Positions 1 to 9,199 of a stretch of 64,000 nucleotides of DNA are shown in pieces (the first letter of the stretch is position 1; every line of letters starts with the position of its first letter). The stretch is from positions 41,347 through 105,346 of IMG/VR virus record IMGVR_UViG_3300028883_000032; one strand, 5' to 3'. The position numbers were made by a program, and so were the translations under genes. Source of the DNA: a virus. Below the pieces are notes generated by a model that searched no databases, was not told where the DNA came from, and saw only the letters and a list, made by a program, of their open reading frames with translations.

Positions 1-369
1 GTGTACGAAATGCACATACTGTGCAACCACAACACCCCTAAAAAGGAAATAGCACAATGGTTTTTTACAAATGGTGTAAGGGAATCTCATAGAGTAGTCG
101 TAAATAATGCGCTTAAAGCACTCCGAATTTATCCCGGAAAAACAATCTCTGGAAATGATGTTGAATTCTTTGAAATAGTGATAAAGTATAAAAGTGGGAC
201 AGACGCTAGGGGAATGATAGAAGTCCCAGCAAAATTAATACAATCTGAACTGGAAGGATACATCAAACGTGAAGGTATAAAAATTCGCAGCAGTATCGTT
301 GCTACCACGGATTATCTGGTAGAGGCTTCCCTCATCAGAGACATTACTTTGACCATACCAGAGGTATGA
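1..369 (+). CDS. hypothetical protein (possibly 5'-truncated by window edge)
   Basis: 122-aa ORF whose stop abuts the next start. Confidence 0.6.
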   Translation: MYEMHILCNHNTPKKEIAQWFFTNGVRESHRVVVNNALKALRIYPGKTISGNDVEFFEIVIKYKSGTDARGMIEVPAKLIQSELEGYIKREGIKIRSSIVATTDYLVEASLIRDITLTIPEV

Positions 370-370
370 C

Positions 371-1213
371 ATGAAGTTTACCTTTTTAGGCGTTGGGGGC
401 ATGTTCGCAAAAACTCTCGGCCATACCAACATACTAGTAGAGTTTACAAGCGGGTATAAGTTACTAATTGACTGTGGAAATAGAGCACCGCTTGAACTAT
501 ACCAGCGAGGATTATACCCACAAGACATTAACGGGTATTATATATCCCACCTGCATGACGACCATGTTGGAGGAATACAAGAATTGGGGCTGTTTGCATA
601 TTTCCACCCCAATTGCCATTTCAAGCCTGATTTGTTTATTGCCCAACAACTTCGTGGGGAAATTTGGAATAACTGTTTAATGGCCGGAATGTCCAGTATT
701 GAAGGCAGTGTTATGTCCCTAGAAGATTACTTCAATGTTGTGTCTATTCCCCCTAATGGTTCTTTTGGCGTAGTAAAAGACCGCAGAGACGACTCTGAAA
801 GCAGCGTCTTGGCCATTGATGCTAGGTTTGATGGTTGGAAATTATCCCCCGTTCAAACAGCACATTTCATGAATGGAAGAATAATTGTTCCATCCTTTGG
901 GTTATTGTTTGAAAAAGGGGACGACAAACCAACCATTTTCATTACAACTGATACCCAATTCGCACCCCATCAGATACAAGTGTTTTACGAAAAAGCTGAT
1001 GTCATTTTCCAAGACTGCGAAGCGGCACCATATAAAAGCGGAGTTCACGCTCATTTTGATGAGCTTGTCACTCTACCAGAAAAAATACGTAGGAAAATGT
1101 GGTTTGTACATTATCCTGATACTGTTCTCGAAGATATAAACACTTGGAAAATGAAGGCAAATGGAAGCGGGTTCCTTGGGTTTGTAAAAAAAGGACAAGA
1201 ATTCGAGTTTTAA
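371..1213 (+). CDS. metallo-beta-lactamase-fold hydrolase (RNase Z / phosphodiesterase-like)
   Basis: N-terminal FLGVGG, LLIDCG, SHLHDDHVGG (HxHxDH), later TTDT, SGVHA and FVHY motifs. Confidence 0.9.
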   Translation: MKFTFLGVGGMFAKTLGHTNILVEFTSGYKLLIDCGNRAPLELYQRGLYPQDINGYYISHLHDDHVGGIQELGLFAYFHPNCHFKPDLFIAQQLRGEIWNNCLMAGMSSIEGSVMSLEDYFNVVSIPPNGSFGVVKDRRDDSESSVLAIDARFDGWKLSPVQTAHFMNGRIIVPSFGLLFEKGDDKPTIFITTDTQFAPHQIQVFYEKADVIFQDCEAAPYKSGVHAHFDELVTLPEKIRRKMWFVHYPDTVLEDINTWKMKANGSGFLGFVKKGQEFEF

Positions 1214-1214
1214 C

Positions 1215-1961
1215 ATGAACGAAAACGAAGCAAAGACTCAACTGATCTTGAAGGGGTATGGTGGGTCCATTGCTTACGGAACAAATACCCCATCAAGTGA
1301 CGTTGATTTAAGGGGGGTATTTATTCCTCCAAAGGAGTACTGGGTCGGGTTAAAGAGTGTGGATCAAATAAATTTTTCCGCAGAAGACACGACTTTCTAC
1401 TCTTTACAAAAATTCTTTATGTTGGCTATAAAAGCTAACCCAAACATCCTTGAACTATTATGGTTACGAGATAATCATTACATTTGGAAAGACGTACCAA
1501 AAGATTTCCGTAGCCTAGGAAGAAAATTGATAAGTAATAGGAATCTTTTTCTTTCAAAAAACATAAAACACACATATACCGGCTATGCCTATTCTCAACT
1601 TCATAGAATGGATAAGTTAAACAAGAACGTAGCACAAAATGCAGACCGTACAGCTCGCGTAGAGAAATTCGGGTATGATACTAAAAATGCTATGCATTTG
1701 ATACGGCTACTACGTACTGGTCTGGAGATTCTTACGGAAGGCGAATTACATGTATTTCGAGAAGATGCCCGAGACCTTTTAGCCATCAAGGATGGGAAGT
1801 ATACTTACGATGAGTTGGTGGAAAAAGCCCAGCGTTACGACGAACTCATTGAAGAGGCATATGTTCGCAGCCCATTGCCACATAAACCGGATTTTAATGC
1901 TATTCAGAATCTACACATGGAGATGGTGGAAGAAGCTCTATCCATTTTAAACAAAAGGTAA
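1215..1961 (+). CDS. Pol-beta-superfamily nucleotidyltransferase (YcgL/RlaP-like)
   Basis: GSIAYGTNTPSSDVDLRGVF, NPNILELL and YDTKNAMHLIRLL motifs. Confidence 0.85.
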   Translation: MNENEAKTQLILKGYGGSIAYGTNTPSSDVDLRGVFIPPKEYWVGLKSVDQINFSAEDTTFYSLQKFFMLAIKANPNILELLWLRDNHYIWKDVPKDFRSLGRKLISNRNLFLSKNIKHTYTGYAYSQLHRMDKLNKNVAQNADRTARVEKFGYDTKNAMHLIRLLRTGLEILTEGELHVFREDARDLLAIKDGKYTYDELVEKAQRYDELIEEAYVRSPLPHKPDFNAIQNLHMEMVEEALSILNKR

Positions 1962-1967
1962 ACAAAG

Positions 1968-2189
1968 ATGAATAAAATTTTTGGTGGAATTATGACTATG
2001 CTGGTCTCCATACCAATCATGATTGTGAGTACTTTAGGATCAGCATTGGCTTTTGGTTTGCTGGTATGGTGGTTGTGGAACGCCACCATAGCTATCGCAA
2101 TCGTTGGAATAGGGACTATTGGATACTGGCAAGCTGTTGGTTTGTGCCTATTATGTTGGATACTATTTAAAGGAAGATCAAAGAGTTAG
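1968..2189 (+). CDS. small membrane protein
   Basis: Hydrophobic 73-aa ORF (WWLWN...IGYWQAVGL); AAGG upstream. Confidence 0.7.
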   Translation: MNKIFGGIMTMLVSIPIMIVSTLGSALAFGLLVWWLWNATIAIAIVGIGTIGYWQAVGLCLLCWILFKGRSKS

Positions 2190-2213
2190 TATAGCGGGCA
2201 TAAGCCCGCATTT

Positions 2214-2289
2214 GGGGCCCTAGCTCAGTTGGGAGAGCGCCGGCTTTGCAAGCCGGAGGTCATCGGTTCGATCCCGATGGGCTCCACCA
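2214..2289 (+). tRNA. tRNA-Ala(TGC)
   Basis: Full cloverleaf, GGGGCCC/GGGCTCC acceptor with G3:U70, loop TTTGCAA, encoded CCA. Confidence 0.97.
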
Positions 2290-2335
2290 AAAACAAGAGA
2301 CGGCTGGGCATCTGATCACTTTTCAGGAGAGCGTC

Positions 2336-2611
2336 ATGGGTTTATACGTTGAGGGCGTTAACAAAAACACTTGGCTAGACCGGGTGGGCATTGAAGTATC
2401 TATGAATGTCGTGCTTTCTCATGAATTTGATGACGATGTATTCCCCGTAGTTTGGATAAACAACGGGCCTTTCATTGCCATTGGCGTTGGGTTTTCTCCA
2501 ACAGAGGTCAAAGCCTTTTGCCAGCCTACCGATCATCGCCAAAAAAGGTTTTATTTGGTAGAGGCAAGCAAGTTAAAGCCTGTTTGTCCACAGTGGGACA
2601 GTTATTTGTAA
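2336..2611 (+). CDS. hypothetical protein
   Basis: AGGAGA RBS before ATG 2336; the track start (2246) lies inside tRNA-Ala. Confidence 0.7.
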   Translation: MGLYVEGVNKNTWLDRVGIEVSMNVVLSHEFDDDVFPVVWINNGPFIAIGVGFSPTEVKAFCQPTDHRQKRFYLVEASKLKPVCPQWDSYL

Positions 2612-2682
2612 ACATACATAGCATCGAGTTCGCCGGAGGAGGATGAAATAGACTCCCTCGATTAATAAAGAATCCGGCTCCT

Positions 2683-2756
2683 GGGCCCATAGCTCAGTTG
2701 GTTAGAGCCGCCGACTCATAATCGGCTGGTCCCAGGTTCGAGTCCTGGTGGGCCCA
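2683..2756 (+). tRNA. tRNA with CAT anticodon (probably Ile2, lysidine type)
   Basis: Cloverleaf GGGCCCA/TGGGCCC, loop CTCATAA; no initiator features. Confidence 0.93.
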
Positions 2757-2766
2757 CAGAGACTAA

Positions 2767-2839
2767 TCCGGGGTAGCTCAATTGGTAGAGCACTCGGCTG
2801 TTAACCGAGGGGTTGTGGGTTCGAGTCCCTCCCCCGGAG
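2767..2839 (+). tRNA. tRNA-Asn(GTT)
   Basis: TCCGGGG/CCCCGGA acceptor, CTCGG-CTGTTAA-CCGAG arm; one T-stem mismatch. Confidence 0.95.
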
Positions 2840-2857
2840 CCTATAAAGGAGACAAAA

Positions 2858-3277
2858 ATGTTTGAAGCGATCTATGGAATTTTCATAGTAGTTTTTATTC
2901 TTTCGTATTTTTATTTCAAAGCCATTACAACAGTAACGATTTGGTCAAGCGTTAACCGCAATACAACTATACACAACGAACGACACCACATGGAGCGTCT
3001 GTCAGAAGAAGCTAGTCTCATTACTAGTTACATTGCCTTAGCAATTGTGCAGATTCCGGTGATATTAAAAATATCTATAATAGTGGGGTCTGTATTAATT
3101 GGTTCTGTTATATACAAAAAAATTTTGGGTACGATCGGGGAAGACAAGTTAGTTAATCCCAACCTAGTAGGATTAAACCTCTTTGGCAAAAAGATAGTAA
3201 TTGTACGCCCCAAATGGTTTACGACAATACAACTCATACTCGGTATAACTTTAGTGTTGTTACGATTTCTTTATTAA
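2858..3277 (+). CDS. membrane protein
   Basis: AAGGAG RBS, several hydrophobic segments; the track start lies inside tRNA-Asn. Confidence 0.7.
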   Translation: MFEAIYGIFIVVFILSYFYFKAITTVTIWSSVNRNTTIHNERHHMERLSEEASLITSYIALAIVQIPVILKISIIVGSVLIGSVIYKKILGTIGEDKLVNPNLVGLNLFGKKIVIVRPKWFTTIQLILGITLVLLRFLY

Positions 3278-3320
3278 TAACTACTTATAATATGGAAAAA
3301 GAACGAGTAGTGCTTCCTTT

Positions 3321-3392
3321 GGCGCGATCGTCCAGTGGTCAGGACATCGGTTTTTCATGCCGGGAACCGGGGTTCAATTCCCCGTCGCGCTA
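3321..3392 (+). tRNA. tRNA-Glu(TTC)
   Basis: GGCGCGA/TCGCGCT acceptor, GTCC/GGAC D stem, loop TTTTCAT, T loop TTCAATT. Confidence 0.9.
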
Positions 3393-3418
3393 CTATTTAA
3401 TTTGGAAGACAAAGAGAA

Positions 3419-5026
3419 ATGAATCCAGAAGACGAAAGAAATACTACTTATACTCTTGGAAATATCGATCAATTTAGGTTCCAAATTGAACCTAACTTCA
3501 CTGTTCGAGATGTAGAGCGGGCGAGACAACAAATAAATGCACTCGCTGCCCAACATTGGGGTGAAAGGTTACGTACACGACAAGAAGAGATTTTTGCACA
3601 ATATCTAAACAGGCCAAATACCGAAGCACCTCAACAAGAGCTGCAAGCAGACCTGATTGGAGAGCTACGTCGCAATATGGAACACCAACAAACCGTACGT
3701 GACGATATGGCAGATGCTGCCCGTTGGGCATATGACGTGGGGGTTAGAGCAGGGCAGCTTGCTCAAGAAGAACAAATTGAAGAACAAGCCGTCGATAACC
3801 CAAATTATTTTGCTACAGAAGAAGAGTATACAAGGTATTTAGAAGAGCTGGATACGGATACGCCTCCCTTGGTTGTGGAGGCCCCAAACCCAGAATTAAT
3901 AAATATAACAAATGCCCCTGAAAAAGGAGAAACGACAACGATGGCAATAAATGTGGAAATACGCACAGCGAATAAATTTTCAGATCTTCAAAGACAAAAG
4001 ATCAGAGAAATCGCTTCTGACGTGTTGGCGCCAGTAGTTGGTAAAAAAATTGTGATAGCGCACAGAGGTAAAACTCAAAAACCAATCGAAGACGGGTGTT
4101 TCCATATTCATTGTTGGTCCTCCGTAAGAGGTAGACGAGTATATACTCCGCCCAGTGAATTATGGATATTTACTGTACAAGATCGATCAAAATCTTACAA
4201 ACCGTCTGGAGACGGTTTAGCACTTAAAGCTGGACGATGGTCACACAGTGAGTTGGTAGGAAATAACCTCTACATTCATCACAATATATTTGCTGATCCC
4301 AATCGCCCATCGACGTATGATCTTGAATTGTTTAAGAAAATACTTGATGCCGTTACACGCGCATACACAGACACTACCCCAGAATTGGATGAACTGGCAA
4401 AAACGAATTATGTAAATTTCTGCTTAAAGAGGAAAGACGATTCCATTAAACAGCTGGAAGACCGTAACGCTAAGGCACGTCAAGCTTTACAAAGTTCGGT
4501 ACAAGCATCTCTACAGAAAATACGTTTGGCCAAACAGTCTCAATTTGATTTAACTCAAGCACTGAACTCCAAACCGGCAGATATGCGTAAAAAATTTGAA
4601 ATTGAGTTTGAACGTTTGTTGGAACATCCAAAAATTGTAAAAGTTAGAGTAACTAGCGGCAAGTTCATGGTTGACACGGAAACTTTATACTGTACAGATC
4701 CGCGTAGTAAGAAAGTACACGAAATCGGTAAGTTTTGCATCGAAATCAATCCGAATACAGGTTCAATACGGTGGGATAATTTAACCCGTAAAGTGGACGG
4801 TATGCGTCGCAATATGAACGGTCCACATATTTGGGCAGATGGTCAGGCATGTATGGGAAATACAAGTAGTTCGTTTCATTCACTTATCGCTAACTACGAA
4901 CTAGCAATTGCCGCCCACCTTGCCATCGAATTTGTGGAAAGTGTAAATGTCAACGACGGGGCCGGGGAACGTATTAATAATTGGCCTTTAGCCCCCGAAA
5001 AAATGCAAGCTAAAAAGGGTAAATAA
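3419..5026 (+). CDS. coiled-coil protein with C-terminal E2 (ubiquitin-conjugating)-like domain, catalytic Cys present
   Basis: GPHIWADGQACMGN matches the E2 (H)PH/N-x-G-x-C pattern; operon with JAB, E1 and Ubl; possible second start ATG 3941 after AAAGGAGA. Confidence 0.7.
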   Translation: MNPEDERNTTYTLGNIDQFRFQIEPNFTVRDVERARQQINALAAQHWGERLRTRQEEIFAQYLNRPNTEAPQQELQADLIGELRRNMEHQQTVRDDMADAARWAYDVGVRAGQLAQEEQIEEQAVDNPNYFATEEEYTRYLEELDTDTPPLVVEAPNPELINITNAPEKGETTTMAINVEIRTANKFSDLQRQKIREIASDVLAPVVGKKIVIAHRGKTQKPIEDGCFHIHCWSSVRGRRVYTPPSELWIFTVQDRSKSYKPSGDGLALKAGRWSHSELVGNNLYIHHNIFADPNRPSTYDLELFKKILDAVTRAYTDTTPELDELAKTNYVNFCLKRKDDSIKQLEDRNAKARQALQSSVQASLQKIRLAKQSQFDLTQALNSKPADMRKKFEIEFERLLEHPKIVKVRVTSGKFMVDTETLYCTDPRSKKVHEIGKFCIEINPNTGSIRWDNLTRKVDGMRRNMNGPHIWADGQACMGNTSSSFHSLIANYELAIAAHLAIEFVESVNVNDGAGERINNWPLAPEKMQAKKGK

Positions 5027-6388
5027 ATGTTTGATTTTACCGCACCTATATCCCCGGGTAGTGTATTTTGTTTTTTGTCTAATTTGTCAAAAAAACAACT
5101 AGATAAATTGGACAGCATGGGTGCTACTCCAATGCCTTTTGATCTTGATGGTGAATCCGGGATTATTGTTGATGGCTCACAGATGGGTGATATAATACGT
5201 GAATTAGACCTAGACATCCTGACAACTGATGCTACTACCTATGATGGTGTATACAACATTTTGTGGAGACCAAAAAAAGACGGTAGAGGAAAGGCAGAAG
5301 GAAACTCAAGAATTATTTTTGAGAATTCTGAAGTTTGTAGGTGGAATGGAAAACTTCCAACCGCTGTCATGGAAAGCTCTATTGAAAGGTTTCTTCTTCC
5401 ATCTTTAAGTAAAGACGTAAAGGTTCACCTATATGTTCCGCACGGGAGTAACCATGGCTTAATAAATAATGGGGAATTTAACATATTTATTTGGTCGGGA
5501 TTGGGACGAAAGGCAGCACTGACACCGAAGAAAATGTGGGGAATACCCGTTGACTGTAAAGATAAACCGTTTGATTATTCAGGAAGCGGGTTAGCCATTT
5601 ATGAATCAGGTGGAAACATCGTAGGCGAGTTAGTACAAAACAACCTCTACATTTTTCACGATCTTGTACACATGGGTACTCAGCGCGAAAAACAAATCTT
5701 CGAGCACATACTGGAAGAAGTTGTGTATCTAACACAAAACCCAGAAGCCGGTATTGATAGGCAGGCTCAGCATTTAGCAGAAGTATTGGCCGCTGAATAT
5801 CAAAATACTTATAAAGTGAGGGAACAGCAGTTAACCACAATTGAGGATGATATTCAAAGATATAAAGCCGTGCTAGTTGAGAAGATTAGAGCAGCGGATT
5901 CTGCTAAAATGATGGTTTTGGGAGCTGAAGAAGCTCTACGAGATATTCGAAGTGTGGCCAAGGAACAATTTCTGATACTGCGCAGCAACGACAAAATTGA
6001 ACGTATTGAACCGTCTGGAGATTGTGTAACAATTTACACCAAACGGTTAATTTGTACTCACCCCGTAAGTCAAAAACAATACGGCATTGGAAACTTTAAA
6101 ATTATTATTCATTTAACCGGTCATCCAACTATGGTTGAATGGCACAACTTGACTAGACAGAGTGATTGCCAAGCACCCCATGTTGAACTATCAGGTTATC
6201 CCGTAGCGGGAATGACGGAAGAGATGTTCTTGGAGTTACTCGGAAATTATCAAATAGGAATAATCGGAAACTTAGCAATTCAGTTTATAGAAACGGTAGA
6301 TCCTACCCATCCAACAGCTGAACGCTTGAAAAAGTTTCCCCTTCTTAAGGAATCGATAGAAACTGATGGCAAAGAAAAAACCAAATAA
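5027..6388 (+). CDS. paralogue of 3419..5026 with E2-like domain lacking the catalytic Cys (pseudo-E2)
   Basis: Shares F-x-I-x-x-WS, ELV-x-NNLYI-x-H, IG-x-F-x-I, W-x-NLTR and LAI-x-F-x-E-x-V; APHVELSGYPVAG has no Cys. Confidence 0.7.
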   Translation: MFDFTAPISPGSVFCFLSNLSKKQLDKLDSMGATPMPFDLDGESGIIVDGSQMGDIIRELDLDILTTDATTYDGVYNILWRPKKDGRGKAEGNSRIIFENSEVCRWNGKLPTAVMESSIERFLLPSLSKDVKVHLYVPHGSNHGLINNGEFNIFIWSGLGRKAALTPKKMWGIPVDCKDKPFDYSGSGLAIYESGGNIVGELVQNNLYIFHDLVHMGTQREKQIFEHILEEVVYLTQNPEAGIDRQAQHLAEVLAAEYQNTYKVREQQLTTIEDDIQRYKAVLVEKIRAADSAKMMVLGAEEALRDIRSVAKEQFLILRSNDKIERIEPSGDCVTIYTKRLICTHPVSQKQYGIGNFKIIIHLTGHPTMVEWHNLTRQSDCQAPHVELSGYPVAGMTEEMFLELLGNYQIGIIGNLAIQFIETVDPTHPTAERLKKFPLLKESIETDGKEKTK

Positions 6389-7259
6389 AAAAAGAGCTGC
6401 CCAGTACTTTATACCTCACGATTTTAAAGAAGAGGTAGAAGTGCTTAACCAGTCTTCTTACTGTATATGGATGACCCCGCTAGCCTTTCAAAAAATGTGG
6501 CATTTTGTCGATATTTGTAGTCAAGAAGTTGGCTGGCTTGGATCGGTTGAACGAGAGGGAAGAAATTTCATTATAACCGATGTTTTCATGTTTGAGCAAG
6601 AAGTTACAGGGACTACAACATCTCTCGATGAAGCTGGCCAGACTAAACTTATGGAAAATTTTCTGGCACAAGAGAATGGTACAGAGCTTTATAACTCTAT
6701 AAGGTTCTGGGGACATAGTCATGTTAACATGGGAACAACTCCAAGTGGTCAAGATGAAACCACAATGAAGGAATTCGAAGAAAATGGCTGTGCGTGGTTT
6801 ATAAGAGGCATATTCAACAAAAGAGGACGAGCACAGTTTGATATATTTTTATACGACGAAGGTGTACGAGTAAACGATGTTCGTTGGGCAATTCTTGTTG
6901 AAATGCCGGAATTTGATATCCGCAAAGAGTTGGAAACTGAAATACAAAAGAAGGTTACCACAAAAAAGTATGTATATCCTTCGTACGCAGGTGGATGGGG
7001 AGGAGGAAATGGCTATGACCCTACCAAGAGGACTGGGAATGGTACTGTTAACCACTCAGTCCACCCTACTGTAGGTCAAGGGAACCGCTCATCGTCACAG
7101 CAGGGAAATGTCTGGGACGAATTTTATACGGCAAATCCAAGCGGAACTCTTGACCTAGATGAAGACGACGAAGGAACAACCTTTTTCAACAATAATGGAG
7201 TTGTTGAAGAACTAAAACCAGAAACTAAAAAAGAGACAAAAAAGGACAAAACTAAATGA
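6366..7259 (+). CDS. JAB/MPN-family metalloprotease (deubiquitinase-like)
   Basis: EVGW glutamate plus WGHSHVNMGTTPSGQD (HxH-x7-S-x2-D). Confidence 0.85.
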   Translation: MAKKKPNKKRAAQYFIPHDFKEEVEVLNQSSYCIWMTPLAFQKMWHFVDICSQEVGWLGSVEREGRNFIITDVFMFEQEVTGTTTSLDEAGQTKLMENFLAQENGTELYNSIRFWGHSHVNMGTTPSGQDETTMKEFEENGCAWFIRGIFNKRGRAQFDIFLYDEGVRVNDVRWAILVEMPEFDIRKELETEIQKKVTTKKYVYPSYAGGWGGGNGYDPTKRTGNGTVNHSVHPTVGQGNRSSSQQGNVWDEFYTANPSGTLDLDEDDEGTTFFNNNGVVEELKPETKKETKKDKTK

Positions 7260-7948
7260 TCGATCCTTTACGTCACTTGGCTATTTTTGATCCTGATGCC
7301 TTTGGTCCCCGACGAGTTGATGTAATAGGTGTGGGTGCAACTGGATCAAAAGTTGTGTTGGAACTTGCAAAACTCGGCATAGTTAACATTCACGTATGGG
7401 ATTATGACAAAGTCGAAGAACACAATGTTCCCAACCAAGTTTTTGGAAATGATCATGTTGGGATGTTCAAAGTTGACGCCATATCAAAAATTGTCAAGGC
7501 ACAAACTGGTATTGACTTAGTAACTCATAACGAAGAAGTAGACGGTACTCAAACTTTTGGTGATATAGTATTCTTGCTAACCGACACCATGAAAAGCCGT
7601 AAATCAATCTTTGAGAGGGGCATTAAATATAAATTTAATGTCAAATTAATGATTGAAACGCGGATGGGAAAAGACAGCGGGCAGATATACTCCATCATTC
7701 CGACAAAACCGGATCACATCAAAAATTGGGAAAATTCCCTGTTTAGCGATGATGACAAAGATACTGAAGTATCTCTATGTGGAAGTACAATAACTGTTGG
7801 GTCAACTGCCGGAATAATTTCGGGCCTAGCGGTTTGGAAAGTCATTGAATGGCTTCAACACGAAACCGGCAAACTGGAAAATGGAATTGCTAACGAAACA
7901 ATGATTGATATTTCCCCCAAGTTAGCAGTTTATCAAAACAAATATTAA
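7256..7948 (+). CDS. ThiF/MoeB-family E1-like activating enzyme
   Basis: VIGVGATGS, DYDKVEEHNVPNQ, KVDA, IETRMG, candidate catalytic Cys in SLCG. Confidence 0.92.
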   Translation: MIDPLRHLAIFDPDAFGPRRVDVIGVGATGSKVVLELAKLGIVNIHVWDYDKVEEHNVPNQVFGNDHVGMFKVDAISKIVKAQTGIDLVTHNEEVDGTQTFGDIVFLLTDTMKSRKSIFERGIKYKFNVKLMIETRMGKDSGQIYSIIPTKPDHIKNWENSLFSDDDKDTEVSLCGSTITVGSTAGIISGLAVWKVIEWLQHETGKLENGIANETMIDISPKLAVYQNKY

Positions 7949-7968
7949 CTCAGGAGTAGAATTTCAAG

Positions 7969-8178
7969 ATGGAACCTATTCAAGTACGTGTAGGAACAAT
8001 TCCTGGTGGAGTCTCCGAATTTGCAATCATAGATGCAACAGTTCGTGGAGCACTTACAGCAGCAGGCCTTGAGGCGGACGGTTACAAAATCAATGTAAAC
8101 GGCGTGGCAGCTAACTTAGACACACCGTTACGAGATGGTGATAATGTTCTTCGTGTTCGCAAGGTTGTTGGTAACTAA
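7969..8178 (+). CDS. ubiquitin-like beta-grasp protein (ThiS/MoaD-like) ending ...KVVGN
   Basis: 69 aa, TVRGAL...INVNG...LDTPLRDGDNV pattern, penultimate Gly, AGGAG RBS. Confidence 0.85.
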   Translation: MEPIQVRVGTIPGGVSEFAIIDATVRGALTAAGLEADGYKINVNGVAANLDTPLRDGDNVLRVRKVVGN

Positions 8179-8187
8179 TGTTACTAG

Positions 8188-8220
8188 AAGAGCGGAAATA
8201 TTTATATACCGCTCTTTTTT
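8188..8220 (+). terminator. intrinsic terminator closing the Ubl operon
   Basis: AAGAGCGG...CCGCTCTT stem followed by a T run. Confidence 0.8.
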
Positions 8221-8229
8221 ACCCCAAAA

Positions 8230-8239
8230 TGGAATAAGA
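8230..8239 (+). promoter_or_regulatory. TGGHATAAGA motif (first of at least 11 copies; putative phage promoter)
   Basis: Same 10-mer at 9183, 10013, 10467, 37783, 61044, 61340, 61965, 62152 and 62686, with variants at 20274 and 37032. Confidence 0.6.
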
Positions 8240-8293
8240 ATATAGCAGGGACTCTTAAGGTAGAGGCCCGTAAAGCTAAATTGGGAGGATAGC

Positions 8294-9085
8294 ATGAAGC
8301 TACTTGAGTGGACCATAGCTGGAGGATTAGACGCCCCCATGGTCTTGTGTGAGGCTAATGCAGTGTTCGGGTCGCTGAATGTCAAACGACCAATGTGGGC
8401 AAGAGTTGTAACATCAATGGGTCACGAAATACCCCCATATCTTAAAAGCTGTATGCATGGGTTAGATGGGCTTTTAACTGAAGCTACACTACTTATCAAT
8501 CGAGCTATTCTCCCAGGAATGGGAGAACAGGCAATGGTAAACATGCCGGAATCTCCAGCAGGAGAAACCAGAATAGAGTTTCTAACTCCTGGAGGAGTGA
8601 AGTTTAGCATAACCAAACATTTAGAACTTTCTTCCCTCAATGTTGCATGGAGATTTGGAAGAAATAGTCACTACGCAGCCAATAGGGTACTTCAAGGGTT
8701 ACTGACTTGTGCGCCAACAAGAGAAACAGCCTTAATACTTGACCATCTATCTGACTTAATAAGGAGTTGGAAGATCGAGGTAGGGGGTAATGGACCAACC
8801 TCTAATTTCAAAATTGGCCAATGCTTTTCATATCCGAATAACTATGGAAGCTGGCTTTATATAACAACCACTAAAGAGGCGTGCTATGCTGTAGCAAAAG
8901 TGACAGCTCCTGAAACCAATCTTGGGTTGGGGGTATTGGGAAAAGATTTAGACCCAACATCCCCCAAAAACCAGTGGCTAAATCATGTAGCAGTAGTTGT
9001 GGGGAGGGATGAAAGGGGAACTATCGCCGCTTACCACTCTGATTTCCATTACTACTTCTTGCACCTTCAAAGAAAATACAGATAG
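8294..9085 (+). CDS. hypothetical protein
   Basis: 263-aa ORF, GGAGG RBS, own motif and terminator (9128-9154). Confidence 0.75.
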   Translation: MKLLEWTIAGGLDAPMVLCEANAVFGSLNVKRPMWARVVTSMGHEIPPYLKSCMHGLDGLLTEATLLINRAILPGMGEQAMVNMPESPAGETRIEFLTPGGVKFSITKHLELSSLNVAWRFGRNSHYAANRVLQGLLTCAPTRETALILDHLSDLIRSWKIEVGGNGPTSNFKIGQCFSYPNNYGSWLYITTTKEACYAVAKVTAPETNLGLGVLGKDLDPTSPKNQWLNHVAVVVGRDERGTIAAYHSDFHYYFLHLQRKYR

Positions 9086-9199
9086 TTGCGGGGATGCGAC
9101 CAAGATAACAACCAGTGTTATCTTGAGAAGAGGCCAGCATGTTGGCCTCTTTTTAAACATTTATGTAAATTTAGAATTTTTATGGTATAAGATTTTATC

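Noticed and set aside
2626..2681. Small stem GCCGGA/TCCGGC with inner hairpin before tRNA(CAT)
   Set aside because: Too short to assign; may be a processing or leader structure
7256..8178. E1 plus Ubl as a ThiF/ThiS or MoeB/MoaD sulfur-relay pair
   Set aside because: No cofactor-biosynthesis genes nearby, while E2-like and JAB genes are co-operonic; not strictly excluded without assay
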